Source: a virus
Virus record (IMG/VR): IMGVR_UViG_3300031539_000107
Span: 1-41,284 of that record
DNA length: 41,284 nt
Strand: one strand, 5' to 3'
Both the position numbers and the translations under genes were made by a program. Positions 25,332 through 33,074 of this stretch are shown here, piece by piece (the first letter of the stretch is position 1; each line of letters opens with the position of its first letter). The notes below the pieces were generated by a model that did not search any database, was not told where the DNA came from, and was given only the letters and a program-made list of their open reading frames with translations.

Positions 25332-25694
25332 TTAGATCTCCCTCTCAGCGAACGCCGTATGGAAGGCCACCTCCGGCTCCTCGCAGCATCCGTCCCGCTC
25401 GTTGTAGCGCATGTTGGTCACGATCTCCATCAGCTCGTCCGCCGTGAAGTAGCCCGTGACCAGCTGGCGGGTGACGGGCGAGTTGTCCGCGTTCTCTCTG
25501 GGGACGTACTCCGTCACCTGGTCGGAGATGTCCAGGCGGAACTGGATCTCGTCCAGCATCTCCTCCACCCCGTCACGGTCGGCGGGGTAGACGCGGACGA
25601 TGGGCTCCTGCTCCTGACCCCGGTAGTCCTCTTCCGGCTGGATGCCGAAGATGAACCCGTTGTCGACGCGGTTGATCTGAATGTACTTGGCCAT
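25332..25694 (-). CDS. Hypothetical 120-aa strongly acidic protein
   Basis: ATG 25694 overlaps the HD-gene TGA by 1 nt and follows GGAGGG. The upstream part of track ORF 25332..25862 overlaps the HD gene and is rejected. Confidence 0.6.
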   Translation of the reverse strand: MAKYIQINRVDNGFIFGIQPEEDYRGQEQEPIVRVYPADRDGVEEMLDEIQFRLDISDQVTEYVPRENADNSPVTRQLVTGYFTADELMEIVTNMRYNERDGCCEEPEVAFHTAFAEREI

Positions 25695-26212
25695 CACGCC
25701 CTCCTTGCCATCGCTTTGATCGTGGGAAGAGACAGCAGCCTGTCCGCCGCCTCCAGGTACTCCTCGATCGCCTGGCGCGGGCTCATGTCGAGCAGGCCCA
25801 TGACGACCTTGAACGCTTCCTCGTCGTAGAGCGGGAACGCCTGGCGGATCTTGAGCGGGCACAGGACCTGCGCCTCCGCAGCCGCCAGCCGCTCGTCCAT
25901 CACCTGGATCCTCGCCAACGCGCCCGGGTCGGGCGCCGGAAGGCCCATGCTCTTCAGGATCTGGTTCCGGATGGCGTCCCCGAACGTGACCTGCTCCGCC
26001 GTCTTGAACGGCTTGGGGACGTCACCCGTCAGGGACTCCTCGGAGTCGTGCAGCATCCAGTACGTGGCGGGCACGACCTCGATGTCCGGGATCAGGGCCA
26101 GCCCGGCCAGCGTGTGCTGGAGCACGGTCCAGGGGACGATCGTGTCCCCGTTCCATCTCTGCACCCTCGACAGCGCGCGGGCAATACCCGCGAGATCGGT
26201 CACCTCATGCAA
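25694..26212 (-). CDS. HD-domain phosphohydrolase, YfbR-like 5'-deoxynucleotidase/dNTPase type
   Basis: RVQRWNG...VLQHTLAG...WMLHDSEESLTGDVPKPFK gives the R-W / H / HD / E / D pattern of YfbR-like HD hydrolases. About 172 aa. The start is TTG 26212 or GTG 26203. Confidence 0.7.
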   Translation of the reverse strand: MHEVTDLAGIARALSRVQRWNGDTIVPWTVLQHTLAGLALIPDIEVVPATYWMLHDSEESLTGDVPKPFKTAEQVTFGDAIRNQILKSMGLPAPDPGALARIQVMDERLAAAEAQVLCPLKIRQAFPLYDEEAFKVVMGLLDMSPRQAIEEYLEAADRLLSLPTIKAMARRA

Positions 26213-27413
26213 GTCCCACCTCCCGCTGCATCCGCAGCTTGTTCGCGACGACGCCCATCACGGCCTCGTCTAGTGATCCCGCGACGGCGAAGATCCGGGC
26301 ACGGCACGGGCTGTCCTGCCCGATCCGGTGGATCCTCTTGATCGCCTGGAGATTGTCGTCCGGGGTCCAGGCGGGCTCGACGAGGACGATCTCGTGAGCA
26401 GCCTGGAGGTTGATCGCGATCCCTGCCGCGTTCTGCTGGGCGAGGAAGACGCGGCAGGACTTGTCGTTCGTGAATCGGTCGATCGCCCGCTGCCTCTCCG
26501 GCTGGGGTGCGCCCCCGTCGAACCCGACCACACCGAACGGGGCCAGGATCGTACGCAGGTCGTCCAGGGCGATGTGGTGGTATGCGAGGACGACGATCTT
26601 GGAGTACGCCCCGTCCTCCAGCTCGCGGGCCAGGATCTCCCCAACCTTGGGCGCCTTGTAGCTCCCCAGGATGTGGCGCAGGCGCGACGTCGAACCCTCC
26701 GGGTCGTCCGGGTTCACGCCGGCATCCGCCAACATCTTCGCAAACGCCGGGTCCCGGGGCAGGAGCGAGGTCTCGATCCGGAGGTCGGGCAGGTCCATCG
26801 CCACGTCCTCCAGCCGGCGGCGGAGCATGATCCCGGACAGGATGGATCGGAGCTCATCCCCGTTCTTGACCCCGTACGCCCTGGGGCCGTACCGGGTCTG
26901 GGTCCAGTGGTTGAAGTGGTTGAACCACTGCCAGAAGGTGCGGATGCCGAGGGCGTCCACCTTCTCCGGCCAAAGCATCCGGAGGACGGCGTACAGCTCG
27001 CCCGTGTTGTTAGGCATGGGCGTGCCAGACAGGAGCCAGGCGCGGGGGGCGGCACGGGCCACCTTGAGAGCGGCCAGCGTCCGCTTCGCCTTGTGGTTCT
27101 TGCAGTAGTGGGCCTCGTCCAGGATGACCAGGTCCCAGTCGGACCCGTTGACCCTGCCCTCCCGGAGGTGGGTGTCGGCGTAGGAGATGGCCCCGAAGGA
27201 GAATGTCTTCGGGCCCCAGGCGGACCACTCCCTCCTCCAGTTCTCCAGGGCGGACGCGGGCGCGATCACGAGCACCCGGTGCAGCTTGAGCTGGTACGCT
27301 GCGACCGCGGCCTGAACCGTCTTCCCCAGCCCCATCCCGTCCGCAAGATACGCGCGGTTGCGGTCGCGGAGGAAACGGACTCCCTCGTCCTGGTAGGGGT
27401 AGAGCGTATTCAC
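26205..27413 (-). CDS. SNF2-family helicase/ATPase
   Basis: LYPYQ, DGMGLGKT (motif I), ILDEAHYCKN (DEAH, motif II), LSGTP (motif III) and QAIKRIHRIGQ (motif VI). GTG start overlapping the upstream TGA. Confidence 0.9.
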   Translation of the reverse strand: MNTLYPYQDEGVRFLRDRNRAYLADGMGLGKTVQAAVAAYQLKLHRVLVIAPASALENWRREWSAWGPKTFSFGAISYADTHLREGRVNGSDWDLVILDEAHYCKNHKAKRTLAALKVARAAPRAWLLSGTPMPNNTGELYAVLRMLWPEKVDALGIRTFWQWFNHFNHWTQTRYGPRAYGVKNGDELRSILSGIMLRRRLEDVAMDLPDLRIETSLLPRDPAFAKMLADAGVNPDDPEGSTSRLRHILGSYKAPKVGEILARELEDGAYSKIVVLAYHHIALDDLRTILAPFGVVGFDGGAPQPERQRAIDRFTNDKSCRVFLAQQNAAGIAINLQAAHEIVLVEPAWTPDDNLQAIKRIHRIGQDSPCRARIFAVAGSLDEAVMGVVANKLRMQREVGLA

Positions 27414-27850
27414 AGGCCCAGCCCTCCAAGGAGGCCAGAGATCCCGCCCAGGCCACGGCGGGGGTCGTTCATCGCGGAGTACATCTGTTGCTGCTGCCAG
27501 GACATGGACTTGCCCAGGAGGGAGTCCAGCATCTGCGCCTGCCGCTGCTGCGCCAGGAATGGATCCCGCTCGCTGGCTGTGACGTATCCCACGACGTCCT
27601 GGACACGGCTCCTGAAGCGGGCGCGCTCCGCGTCCAGCGTCCGCCGGAGGTCTTCCACTTCAAGGTGCAGCCGCGCGATCTCGGCCTGCTCCGCGGTCTG
27701 CACCCTGACGTGGCCGAACAGCTTCCCCGTCAGCCACCAGAAGGGGGCCGCGATCCGGGACGCGAGCGTCCTTCCATCCTCCTGCCGCTTCACCCGGATG
27801 GCGACGCAGTTCCCCAAACCGTCCTCGACGTACTTCGTGTCAGTGTTCAC
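27410..27850 (-). CDS. Hypothetical 146-aa coiled-coil protein
   Basis: GTGA overlaps at both ends. Central heptad-like AEQAEIARLHLEVEDLRRTLDAERARF. G/L-rich C-terminus. Confidence 0.6.
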   Translation of the reverse strand: MNTDTKYVEDGLGNCVAIRVKRQEDGRTLASRIAAPFWWLTGKLFGHVRVQTAEQAEIARLHLEVEDLRRTLDAERARFRSRVQDVVGYVTASERDPFLAQQRQAQMLDSLLGKSMSWQQQQMYSAMNDPRRGLGGISGLLGGLGL

Positions 27851-28191
27851 CGAATCTTCCCCGCGAGCAGCTCGAGGAGGTGCGAAGCGCGCACCACGGC
27901 GTACACGTCCTCGTGGTTCCTGGTGAACACCAGGAGCGGCTCGTCCTCAGGGCCCGCGTTCTGCTTGGCCTGCTTCATCGCCGACCAGACGTTGAGGGCC
28001 TCCTGGTTCTTGCACTCGACGGAGTAGCGGAAGGCGCGCCGGCCCGCGGGGGAACGCTTGATGTCCTCCCCCGTCTCTCCCATGATCGCGGGCCGCAGGT
28101 CGCCCGGCTCCAGGTGGAGGGCTGCGGTCGCGGCCTCCACGAACCGGTTCTGGAGCCGGCGACCCTTGGCCTTCGCGGACGACGCCTTCAC
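27847..28191 (-). CDS. Small PD-(D/E)xK endonuclease (possible Holliday-junction resolvase)
   Basis: GTG 28191 overlaps the upstream TGA (GTGA). GEDIKRS...FRYSVECKNQ gives a D...E-x-K core. 114 aa. The upstream part of the track ORF is R/P/G-rich shadow sequence. Confidence 0.5.
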   Translation of the reverse strand: MKASSAKAKGRRLQNRFVEAATAALHLEPGDLRPAIMGETGEDIKRSPAGRRAFRYSVECKNQEALNVWSAMKQAKQNAGPEDEPLLVFTRNHEDVYAVVRASHLLELLAGKIR

Positions 28192-28475
28192 TGGATCTCG
28201 CCGTACCTGATGACGTGCTCCGGGTAGTCGTTGACCGCCTGGGCGTCGGCGTTCGCGCTGTTCAGGACGGCGTCGGAACCCATCGCCTCCTCCAGGGCCG
28301 CGGCCTGGTCTGGGTCGAGGCCGGCCAGGATGACGTCCAGGAAGAAGTTCGCGGACAGTGGGAGGTTCGCCGCAGTGTACAGGCACGCCAGCAGGGAAGC
28401 CGCCAGGGAGGGGTGGATCTTGGGCATCTCGGGGGCGGGGACGTCGACGGGCACGGCGTACTTGTCGTCAGGCAT
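28188..28475 (-). CDS. Hypothetical 95-aa protein
   Basis: ATG 28475 overlaps the HTH gene end by 8 nt. Begins MPDDKYAVPVDVPAPEMPKIHPSL. Confidence 0.55.
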   Translation of the reverse strand: MPDDKYAVPVDVPAPEMPKIHPSLAASLLACLYTAANLPLSANFFLDVILAGLDPDQAAALEEAMGSDAVLNSANADAQAVNDYPEHVIRYGEIQ

Positions 28476-28716
28476 TGTCAGCTCCGTTGGGGGTGAGTCG
28501 GTCGAACGCTTCGTCCAGCACCAGCTTCGCCTCGAGCGCCGGCTCCACCCGCCCACCCAGCCAGCGGCTGACGTGGGACGCGTCGTACCCGGACTCCCTC
28601 GACAGCTGGCCCTGACTGATGCCGGCGGCCTGGAGGCGGGAGCGCAGTTTACGCGCCCACTCCCCACGGACGGGCACCCGCTTGTATCGGGCCCAGACCT
28701 CGTCGTAGACGTTCAC
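28468..28716 (-). CDS. Helix-turn-helix (XRE-like) DNA-binding protein
   Basis: GTG 28716 follows GAGGGAGG and overlaps the upstream TGA. LQAAGISQGQLSRESGYDASHVSRWLGG is a classic HTH segment. Confidence 0.65.
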   Translation of the reverse strand: MNVYDEVWARYKRVPVRGEWARKLRSRLQAAGISQGQLSRESGYDASHVSRWLGGRVEPALEAKLVLDEAFDRLTPNGADNA

Positions 28717-28940
28717 GTCCTGTCCTCCCTCACGGTGGGGTGGTGTTCTCTCCTGGCCGCCTCCAGGCGGTCGAGGACTGCCGTCGTCTCCAGCTCGGTC
28801 GTGATCGCGGCAGCAATGTGGCGGAGCACGGCGCACGCGACCGGGCCCGTCGCCCTGTTCCTGGACGACGCCAGGAGGGCGGACACGACCAGGCTGGCGC
28901 CGTCCGGGGTCAGGTCCAGGAGGACCTTGATCGTCTTCAT
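28713..28940 (-). CDS. Hypothetical 75-aa protein
   Basis: ATGA overlap with the upstream gene. Begins MKTIKVLLDLTPDGASLVVSALL. Confidence 0.55.
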   Translation of the reverse strand: MKTIKVLLDLTPDGASLVVSALLASSRNRATGPVACAVLRHIAAAITTELETTAVLDRLEAARREHHPTVREDRT

Positions 28941-29263
28941 TCGGGCCGCTTGAGGAGGCCGACGATCTTCTGGACGGACTTGCCGCACCAGAACTCGACC
29001 CGCTTCCGGCTGTTCAGGAGGCGCTCCTGCTTGGCGCCGTGGAAGGGGCCCTGGATCGCCTGGGAGGTCATGACGTGCTCGAACGCGTTCCCCAGGTAGG
29101 CCAGGTCCTCAACCGGGACCGGGACCAGGTTGTACCGCGCCAGGAGCAGGGTCGCCCAGCGCACCAGGAGGCTCATCACGCGGCCCGGCTTGGGCGGCCC
29201 CGGCTGCTCGGAGGGGGCGGGCTTGGCGCGGGACACCACGGGCTCTGAGGACAGGGAGAGCAT
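28937..29263 (-). CDS. Hypothetical 108-aa protein
   Basis: ATG 29263 follows the AAGGAGG RBS. Confidence 0.6.
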   Translation of the reverse strand: MLSLSSEPVVSRAKPAPSEQPGPPKPGRVMSLLVRWATLLLARYNLVPVPVEDLAYLGNAFEHVMTSQAIQGPFHGAKQERLLNSRKRVEFWCGKSVQKIVGLLKRPE

Positions 29264-29266
29264 GGA

Positions 29267-29464
29267 CTAGGCCTCCTTGCGGCGGGGGATGTAGGACGGG
29301 ATGTGGGCGTAGAGGATGATCTTGGTGCGGTGGATGCCGGCGACGGCGTTGCACGAGCTGCGTGTGCCGCGGACGTCGTCTTCGCCACGGAATCGCTCCA
29401 TGCGCCGGAGACCGGAGTCGAGCCTGTCGGCTGCGGAGCGTTGGAGGTACTGGCAGCAGTCCAT
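29267..29464 (-). CDS. Hypothetical 65-aa protein
   Basis: ATG 29464 follows GAGGTGAAG. Begins MDCCQYLQRSAADRL. Ends at TAG. Confidence 0.5.
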   Translation of the reverse strand: MDCCQYLQRSAADRLDSGLRRMERFRGEDDVRGTRSSCNAVAGIHRTKIILYAHIPSYIPRRKEA

Positions 29465-29469
29465 GGTCT

Positions 29470-30816
29470 TCACCTCGAGGTGGGGTTGAACTCGTGGAGG
29501 CCGACGACGCCGCCGCTCTTGCGGTAGCAGATCAGGGTCGCGGCCCGGGTGTGGAGGAAGGCCTTCTCCGTGTGCCATGCGTCGGGGGACGTCAGCCCGG
29601 GGAGGGAACGTACCCGGATACCGCGCTGCTCGTCAAGGTCGGACGTGGGGTGGTACTTGCCGGCGAGCGCGCGGTGGTTGTGCCCGGTCAGGACCTCTCG
29701 GTGGGTGCTGTTGACCCAGATGTCGGGAGGGCACTCGGTCGCGAAGATCAGGGGCAGGCTGTCGCGCTGCCGGAGGTACTCCTCGCCATGGAGGAACATC
29801 CATGCGTTCCTGCCCCAGCCGTGGAAGGTACGCTTCTTCGGGCCGTACTCGATCGTGACGTCCGGGTCGTGCCGGAACCAGGCGGACAGGACCTCACCCA
29901 GCCGGTAGACCTGCTGCGGGTCGTGGTTGCCCTGCACGCAGCGTACGCGCACCGGGGCCACGGTCCGGGCGCGGTCGATGGAGCGGATGACCAGCTTCCG
30001 GACGGTGGTGAACAGCTTCTCCTGGCGCGTGTCCACGTCCTGGGGCGTGCCGCGCGCGGTGGCACCCCCCACCAGGTTGAGGCCTGCCTGGTCGAAGTGG
30101 AACAGGTCGTGCCCGACGACGTACAGGACTTCCTCGACCGGGTAGAGGCGGGAGATCGACAGGAGCTCCTCCACCGCGGCCTCATAGTCGGAGACCGCGA
30201 TCGCCAGGTCCTGGTTGCCCTGGCCCGTCTCCTCACCCCAGGCGCGCATCCCAACGTGGGGGTCGTAGACGTTGACGACGGCCAGGACTGGGTCGCCACC
30301 ACCCGGGATCCGGGGGGCTGGCGAGACTTGCACAACGCTCCGTGCGGCGGAGACTTCTGCAAGCATCGCCTGGATGTCGGCCCTGACGTCGGCCACCAGG
30401 TCGGGCGAGACTCGGGGGACGAGGTTGGCCCGGACCTGGTAGAGGGGGACGATCCCCTTCTTGTCGCTCGCCTGCTCCCACTTGTTGACCCGGTAGCCCT
30501 GGATCGACCATCGCTCGGTGTCGACGTGGAAGAACGTGGTCAGGTCTTCAAGGGTGGTGATCCGGGATACCTGGGCCTCGGTCAGGACGACGGAGTCGCC
30601 GTCAACCCCGAGGTCTGCGTCCTGGACGCCCTGGATCTTGCGGAGCTCCGCCGGCTCGGCGGAAGGGATCCCCACACGCTTGGTCCAGTGTGAGAACGTG
30701 GACTGCAGCGATGGCCCGGAGGGGGCGGACATCTGTTCGGAGATCTGGTCCCAGGGGACGTTCTGGGCCCGGAGGCGGGCGATCTCCTCGAAGTCGTACT
30801 TCAGGTGTGCGGGCAT
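29470..30816 (-). CDS. Calcineurin-like metallophosphoesterase with an N-terminal HTH-like domain
   Basis: Ordered MPE motifs: VNVYDPHVG (DxH), VVGHDLFHFD (GDxxD-like), VQGNHD (GNHD), FLHGEE and LTGHNH (GHxH). The N-terminus FEEIARLRAQNVPWDQISEQM is HTH-like. Confidence 0.75.
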   Translation of the reverse strand: MPAHLKYDFEEIARLRAQNVPWDQISEQMSAPSGPSLQSTFSHWTKRVGIPSAEPAELRKIQGVQDADLGVDGDSVVLTEAQVSRITTLEDLTTFFHVDTERWSIQGYRVNKWEQASDKKGIVPLYQVRANLVPRVSPDLVADVRADIQAMLAEVSAARSVVQVSPAPRIPGGGDPVLAVVNVYDPHVGMRAWGEETGQGNQDLAIAVSDYEAAVEELLSISRLYPVEEVLYVVGHDLFHFDQAGLNLVGGATARGTPQDVDTRQEKLFTTVRKLVIRSIDRARTVAPVRVRCVQGNHDPQQVYRLGEVLSAWFRHDPDVTIEYGPKKRTFHGWGRNAWMFLHGEEYLRQRDSLPLIFATECPPDIWVNSTHREVLTGHNHRALAGKYHPTSDLDEQRGIRVRSLPGLTSPDAWHTEKAFLHTRAATLICYRKSGGVVGLHEFNPTSR

Positions 30817-31124
30817 CAGGAAATCTCCTCCAGAGGGGTGGGGACGAGTGCCTGCTTTTCCCAGGTACGCCCCGCTCCGTGCCCCGTCGTCGAGAACGAG
30901 GGCTCACAGTTCGTGATCTCCCACACCCCCCGCCTTCCGCCAGTTGTTTCCCGCCAGCGCCACAGCACTGGCTCCGCCACAGGACTGCTGACCAGGCGGC
31001 CAATGAACAGTCCGCCCAGCTCGTGCTGGACGATCTCCCACCGGGTTCCGTCCTTCGTGTCCTCGAGGATCGCGGGTACCCTGCGTGCCGCGATCTCCGG
31101 GAGCGAGAACATCTTGGTTCTCAT
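30816..31124 (-). CDS. Hypothetical 102-aa protein
   Basis: ATGA overlap with the upstream gene. Its stop overlaps the MPE ATG by 1 nt. Confidence 0.55.
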   Translation of the reverse strand: MRTKMFSLPEIAARRVPAILEDTKDGTRWEIVQHELGGLFIGRLVSSPVAEPVLWRWRETTGGRRGVWEITNCEPSFSTTGHGAGRTWEKQALVPTPLEEIS

Positions 31125-31480
31125 ATCCCGTACTCCCTTCGCTTGAGGTGGCCGGCGCGCTCCGCGTCGCGCAGCATACGCTTCACGGACGACCCCGCCC
31201 AGGTGTCGTCGTCGGGGAAGGTCCAGCCTCCGGAGGTGTCGACCCGGGGGAGGTACATGCACGTCATCCAGCAGTCGGCGTACGTGGAGTGCTTCTCCAG
31301 GACGACGATGTCGAGCATGGTACCCAGGGCCTCGACGGCGGACATGGGGGTCGCCCAGTCCAGGACTTCGGCCTCCGCCAGCCGGGACAGCATCCATCCC
31401 CGTCCGGAGGAGACCAGGCGGAACCCGTGCGCTTCAGCGATCCGGTGGGCGGCGTCGGCTGCGTTCTGGGTGGTCCTCAT
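31121..31480 (-). CDS. Hypothetical 119-aa protein
   Basis: ATGA overlap with the upstream gene. The real part begins MRTTQNAADAAHRIAEAHGF; the first 148 aa of the track ORF are P/R/G-rich shadow sequence. Confidence 0.55.
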   Translation of the reverse strand: MRTTQNAADAAHRIAEAHGFRLVSSGRGWMLSRLAEAEVLDWATPMSAVEALGTMLDIVVLEKHSTYADCWMTCMYLPRVDTSGGWTFPDDDTWAGSSVKRMLRDAERAGHLKRREYGI

Positions 31481-31908
31481 GGGGCGTCGTAGATCGGGCG
31501 GTGGGCGACAGCCGTCCGGTCCAGCTCTTCCAGGGTGGGGACGGGGGCCACGTAGCCGACGTTGGTCCGGATCTTGAGGGCCAGGTGCTTGTGGGGGCCG
31601 TACGCGTTCCAGCTGGTGCTCCCGGACCGGACGGCGTGCCCCACCCGGTTCCGGATCACGTCCTCCAGGTAGTATACACTCTCCCGTATCACGTCCAGGG
31701 GGCAGTGTGACACACGGAGGGTGAGGGCGGCACCGTCGGCGACGGGGAGGTCCTGGAGGCGGCCCTGGGGGACGCACAGGCGGAGGTACTGGATCAGGCC
31801 ACGGGCGGAGGCGTACTCGCCCGGGGTGAGCACGACCAGGCGCGCCCGGCGCTGGTGGTGGTCCCGGAGGTTGTCGTACTGCTCCGGGTGGAGGGTGGGG
31901 AGGGTCAC
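31477..31908 (-). CDS. Hypothetical 143-aa protein
   Basis: GTGA overlap with the upstream gene. Confidence 0.55.
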   Translation of the reverse strand: MTLPTLHPEQYDNLRDHHQRRARLVVLTPGEYASARGLIQYLRLCVPQGRLQDLPVADGAALTLRVSHCPLDVIRESVYYLEDVIRNRVGHAVRSGSTSWNAYGPHKHLALKIRTNVGYVAPVPTLEELDRTAVAHRPIYDAP

Positions 31909-32273
31909 GGGGACACCTCCTCACCCACCAGGGCCGAGGCCTCGATCGTGGCCAGAGTGGGGGCGTGGATGGTGGAGGGGTATGTCGCCGCCAGCTGGGC
32001 GACCTCCGTGGAGCGGATGGCGCCCGTCTCGATGGCGAGCTGGGTGAGCGCCCTGACCTTGGTCTTCCTGGAGGTGTGGGAGCTGGCGACGTGCGCCAGC
32101 AGCCGCCGGCACAAGCCCTGCTTGCCCTGGGGGAGGGTGGAGATTGCCTCGACCAGGGCCTGGGCGTCGGCGGCGTCCTGGGCGCGCTGGGCGGTCCGTG
32201 CCGCGACCGCGGCCCGTGCCCGCTCGGTCTCTTCGGGGGTGGTGAAGTAGTGGTAGCCGGTGTTGCCGAACAC
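31905..32273 (-). CDS. Hypothetical 122-aa protein
   Basis: GTG 32273 follows the AGGAGAG RBS. A/Q/T-rich helical protein. Confidence 0.55.
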   Translation of the reverse strand: MFGNTGYHYFTTPEETERARAAVAARTAQRAQDAADAQALVEAISTLPQGKQGLCRRLLAHVASSHTSRKTKVRALTQLAIETGAIRSTEVAQLAATYPSTIHAPTLATIEASALVGEEVSP

Positions 32274-32370
32274 GGTGTCTCTCCTGATGGAGGTGGTCTG
32301 GCTTCCTGGACGGGGAGCAGGGCTCCCTGTTTCGCCCCGTGCCGGGGGGCTCGTCAGCGGGGCTTGCGGA

Positions 32371-32832
32371 TCACGGGATCACGAGCACGTTGAACTTGTC
32401 GTCCGTGCGGCGCAGGCCTGCGTCGACCAAGGCGAGGTGGATGGGGAGGACGGACCCGGTCACCTTCTGCGCGTCCTGGCTGACGGCGCCGCACACGTTC
32501 CGCAGGGCCTGGGCCTCGTCCTGGGACAGGGTGAGGGCGTACGTCGCCTCCGCCGGCTTGGGGAGCACCCGGAGCCCGGCGCGGTAGACGTCGAAGACCT
32601 CGACCACCTGGTAACGGTCGTTGATGTCGAGGATGTTGACGGTGACCATGCCCGCCGCGCCGCCGCGGGTGCAGACGACGCCGGCGGTGGTCAGCATGTA
32701 GCGGTCGGGCATGTCGCTGAGACACGTGCGGGTGTTGCGCACCCGCTTGCGGTAGGCGAACGTGTCGCCCAGCTTCAGGTCGCGAAGGGTGAGGGGGGTG
32801 GGGTCGGGGAGGATCTTGGTGCATCGGGCCAT
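32371..32832 (-). CDS. Hypothetical 153-aa protein
   Basis: ATG 32832 follows GAGGGAACCACC. The upstream 161 aa of the track ORF are shadow sequence. Confidence 0.55.
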   Translation of the reverse strand: MARCTKILPDPTPLTLRDLKLGDTFAYRKRVRNTRTCLSDMPDRYMLTTAGVVCTRGGAAGMVTVNILDINDRYQVVEVFDVYRAGLRVLPKPAEATYALTLSQDEAQALRNVCGAVSQDAQKVTGSVLPIHLALVDAGLRRTDDKFNVLVIP

Positions 32833-32846
32833 GGTGGTTCCCTCGT

Positions 32847-33074
32847 TCAGTTGGGGGTGGCTCGAGTGGTCTCGACCTTCAGCCCGTCGAGTAGGGCTCC
32901 ACGCAGGATGGACTGCGCGGGGCGGTGGTCGGCAGCGATCCAGCCGGCGTGGACCATCGTGTACTGTGGGACTTCGTTGACGTGGTCCCGGACCCAGGCC
33001 CTGCCCAGGGCAGAGCTGGCCCTGAAGAGGACCAGGGTCCCGTGGTCCTCGAACTGGATGTCGGGGCGTGTCAT
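32847..33074 (-). CDS. Hypothetical 75-aa protein
   Basis: ATGA overlap with the first early gene. Confidence 0.5.
   Translation of the reverse strand: MTRPDIQFEDHGTLVLFRASSALGRAWVRDHVNEVPQYTMVHAGWIAADHRPAQSILRGALLDGLKVETTRATPN

Noticed and set aside
17312-26212. Z-genome (2-aminoadenine) pathway, suggested by DatZ-like HD plus MazZ-like NTP-PPase plus family-A polymerase.
   Set aside because: No PurZ or adenylosuccinate-synthetase-like ORF (no GDEGKG-type P-loop protein of about 340 aa) exists anywhere in the 41 kb. The pathway cannot be complete.
28468-28716. Lysogeny module, with the HTH protein as a CI-like repressor.
   Set aside because: I recognised no integrase, excisionase, partition genes or att-like features. 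The HTH gene is embedded co-directionally in the early operon rather than divergently transcribed.
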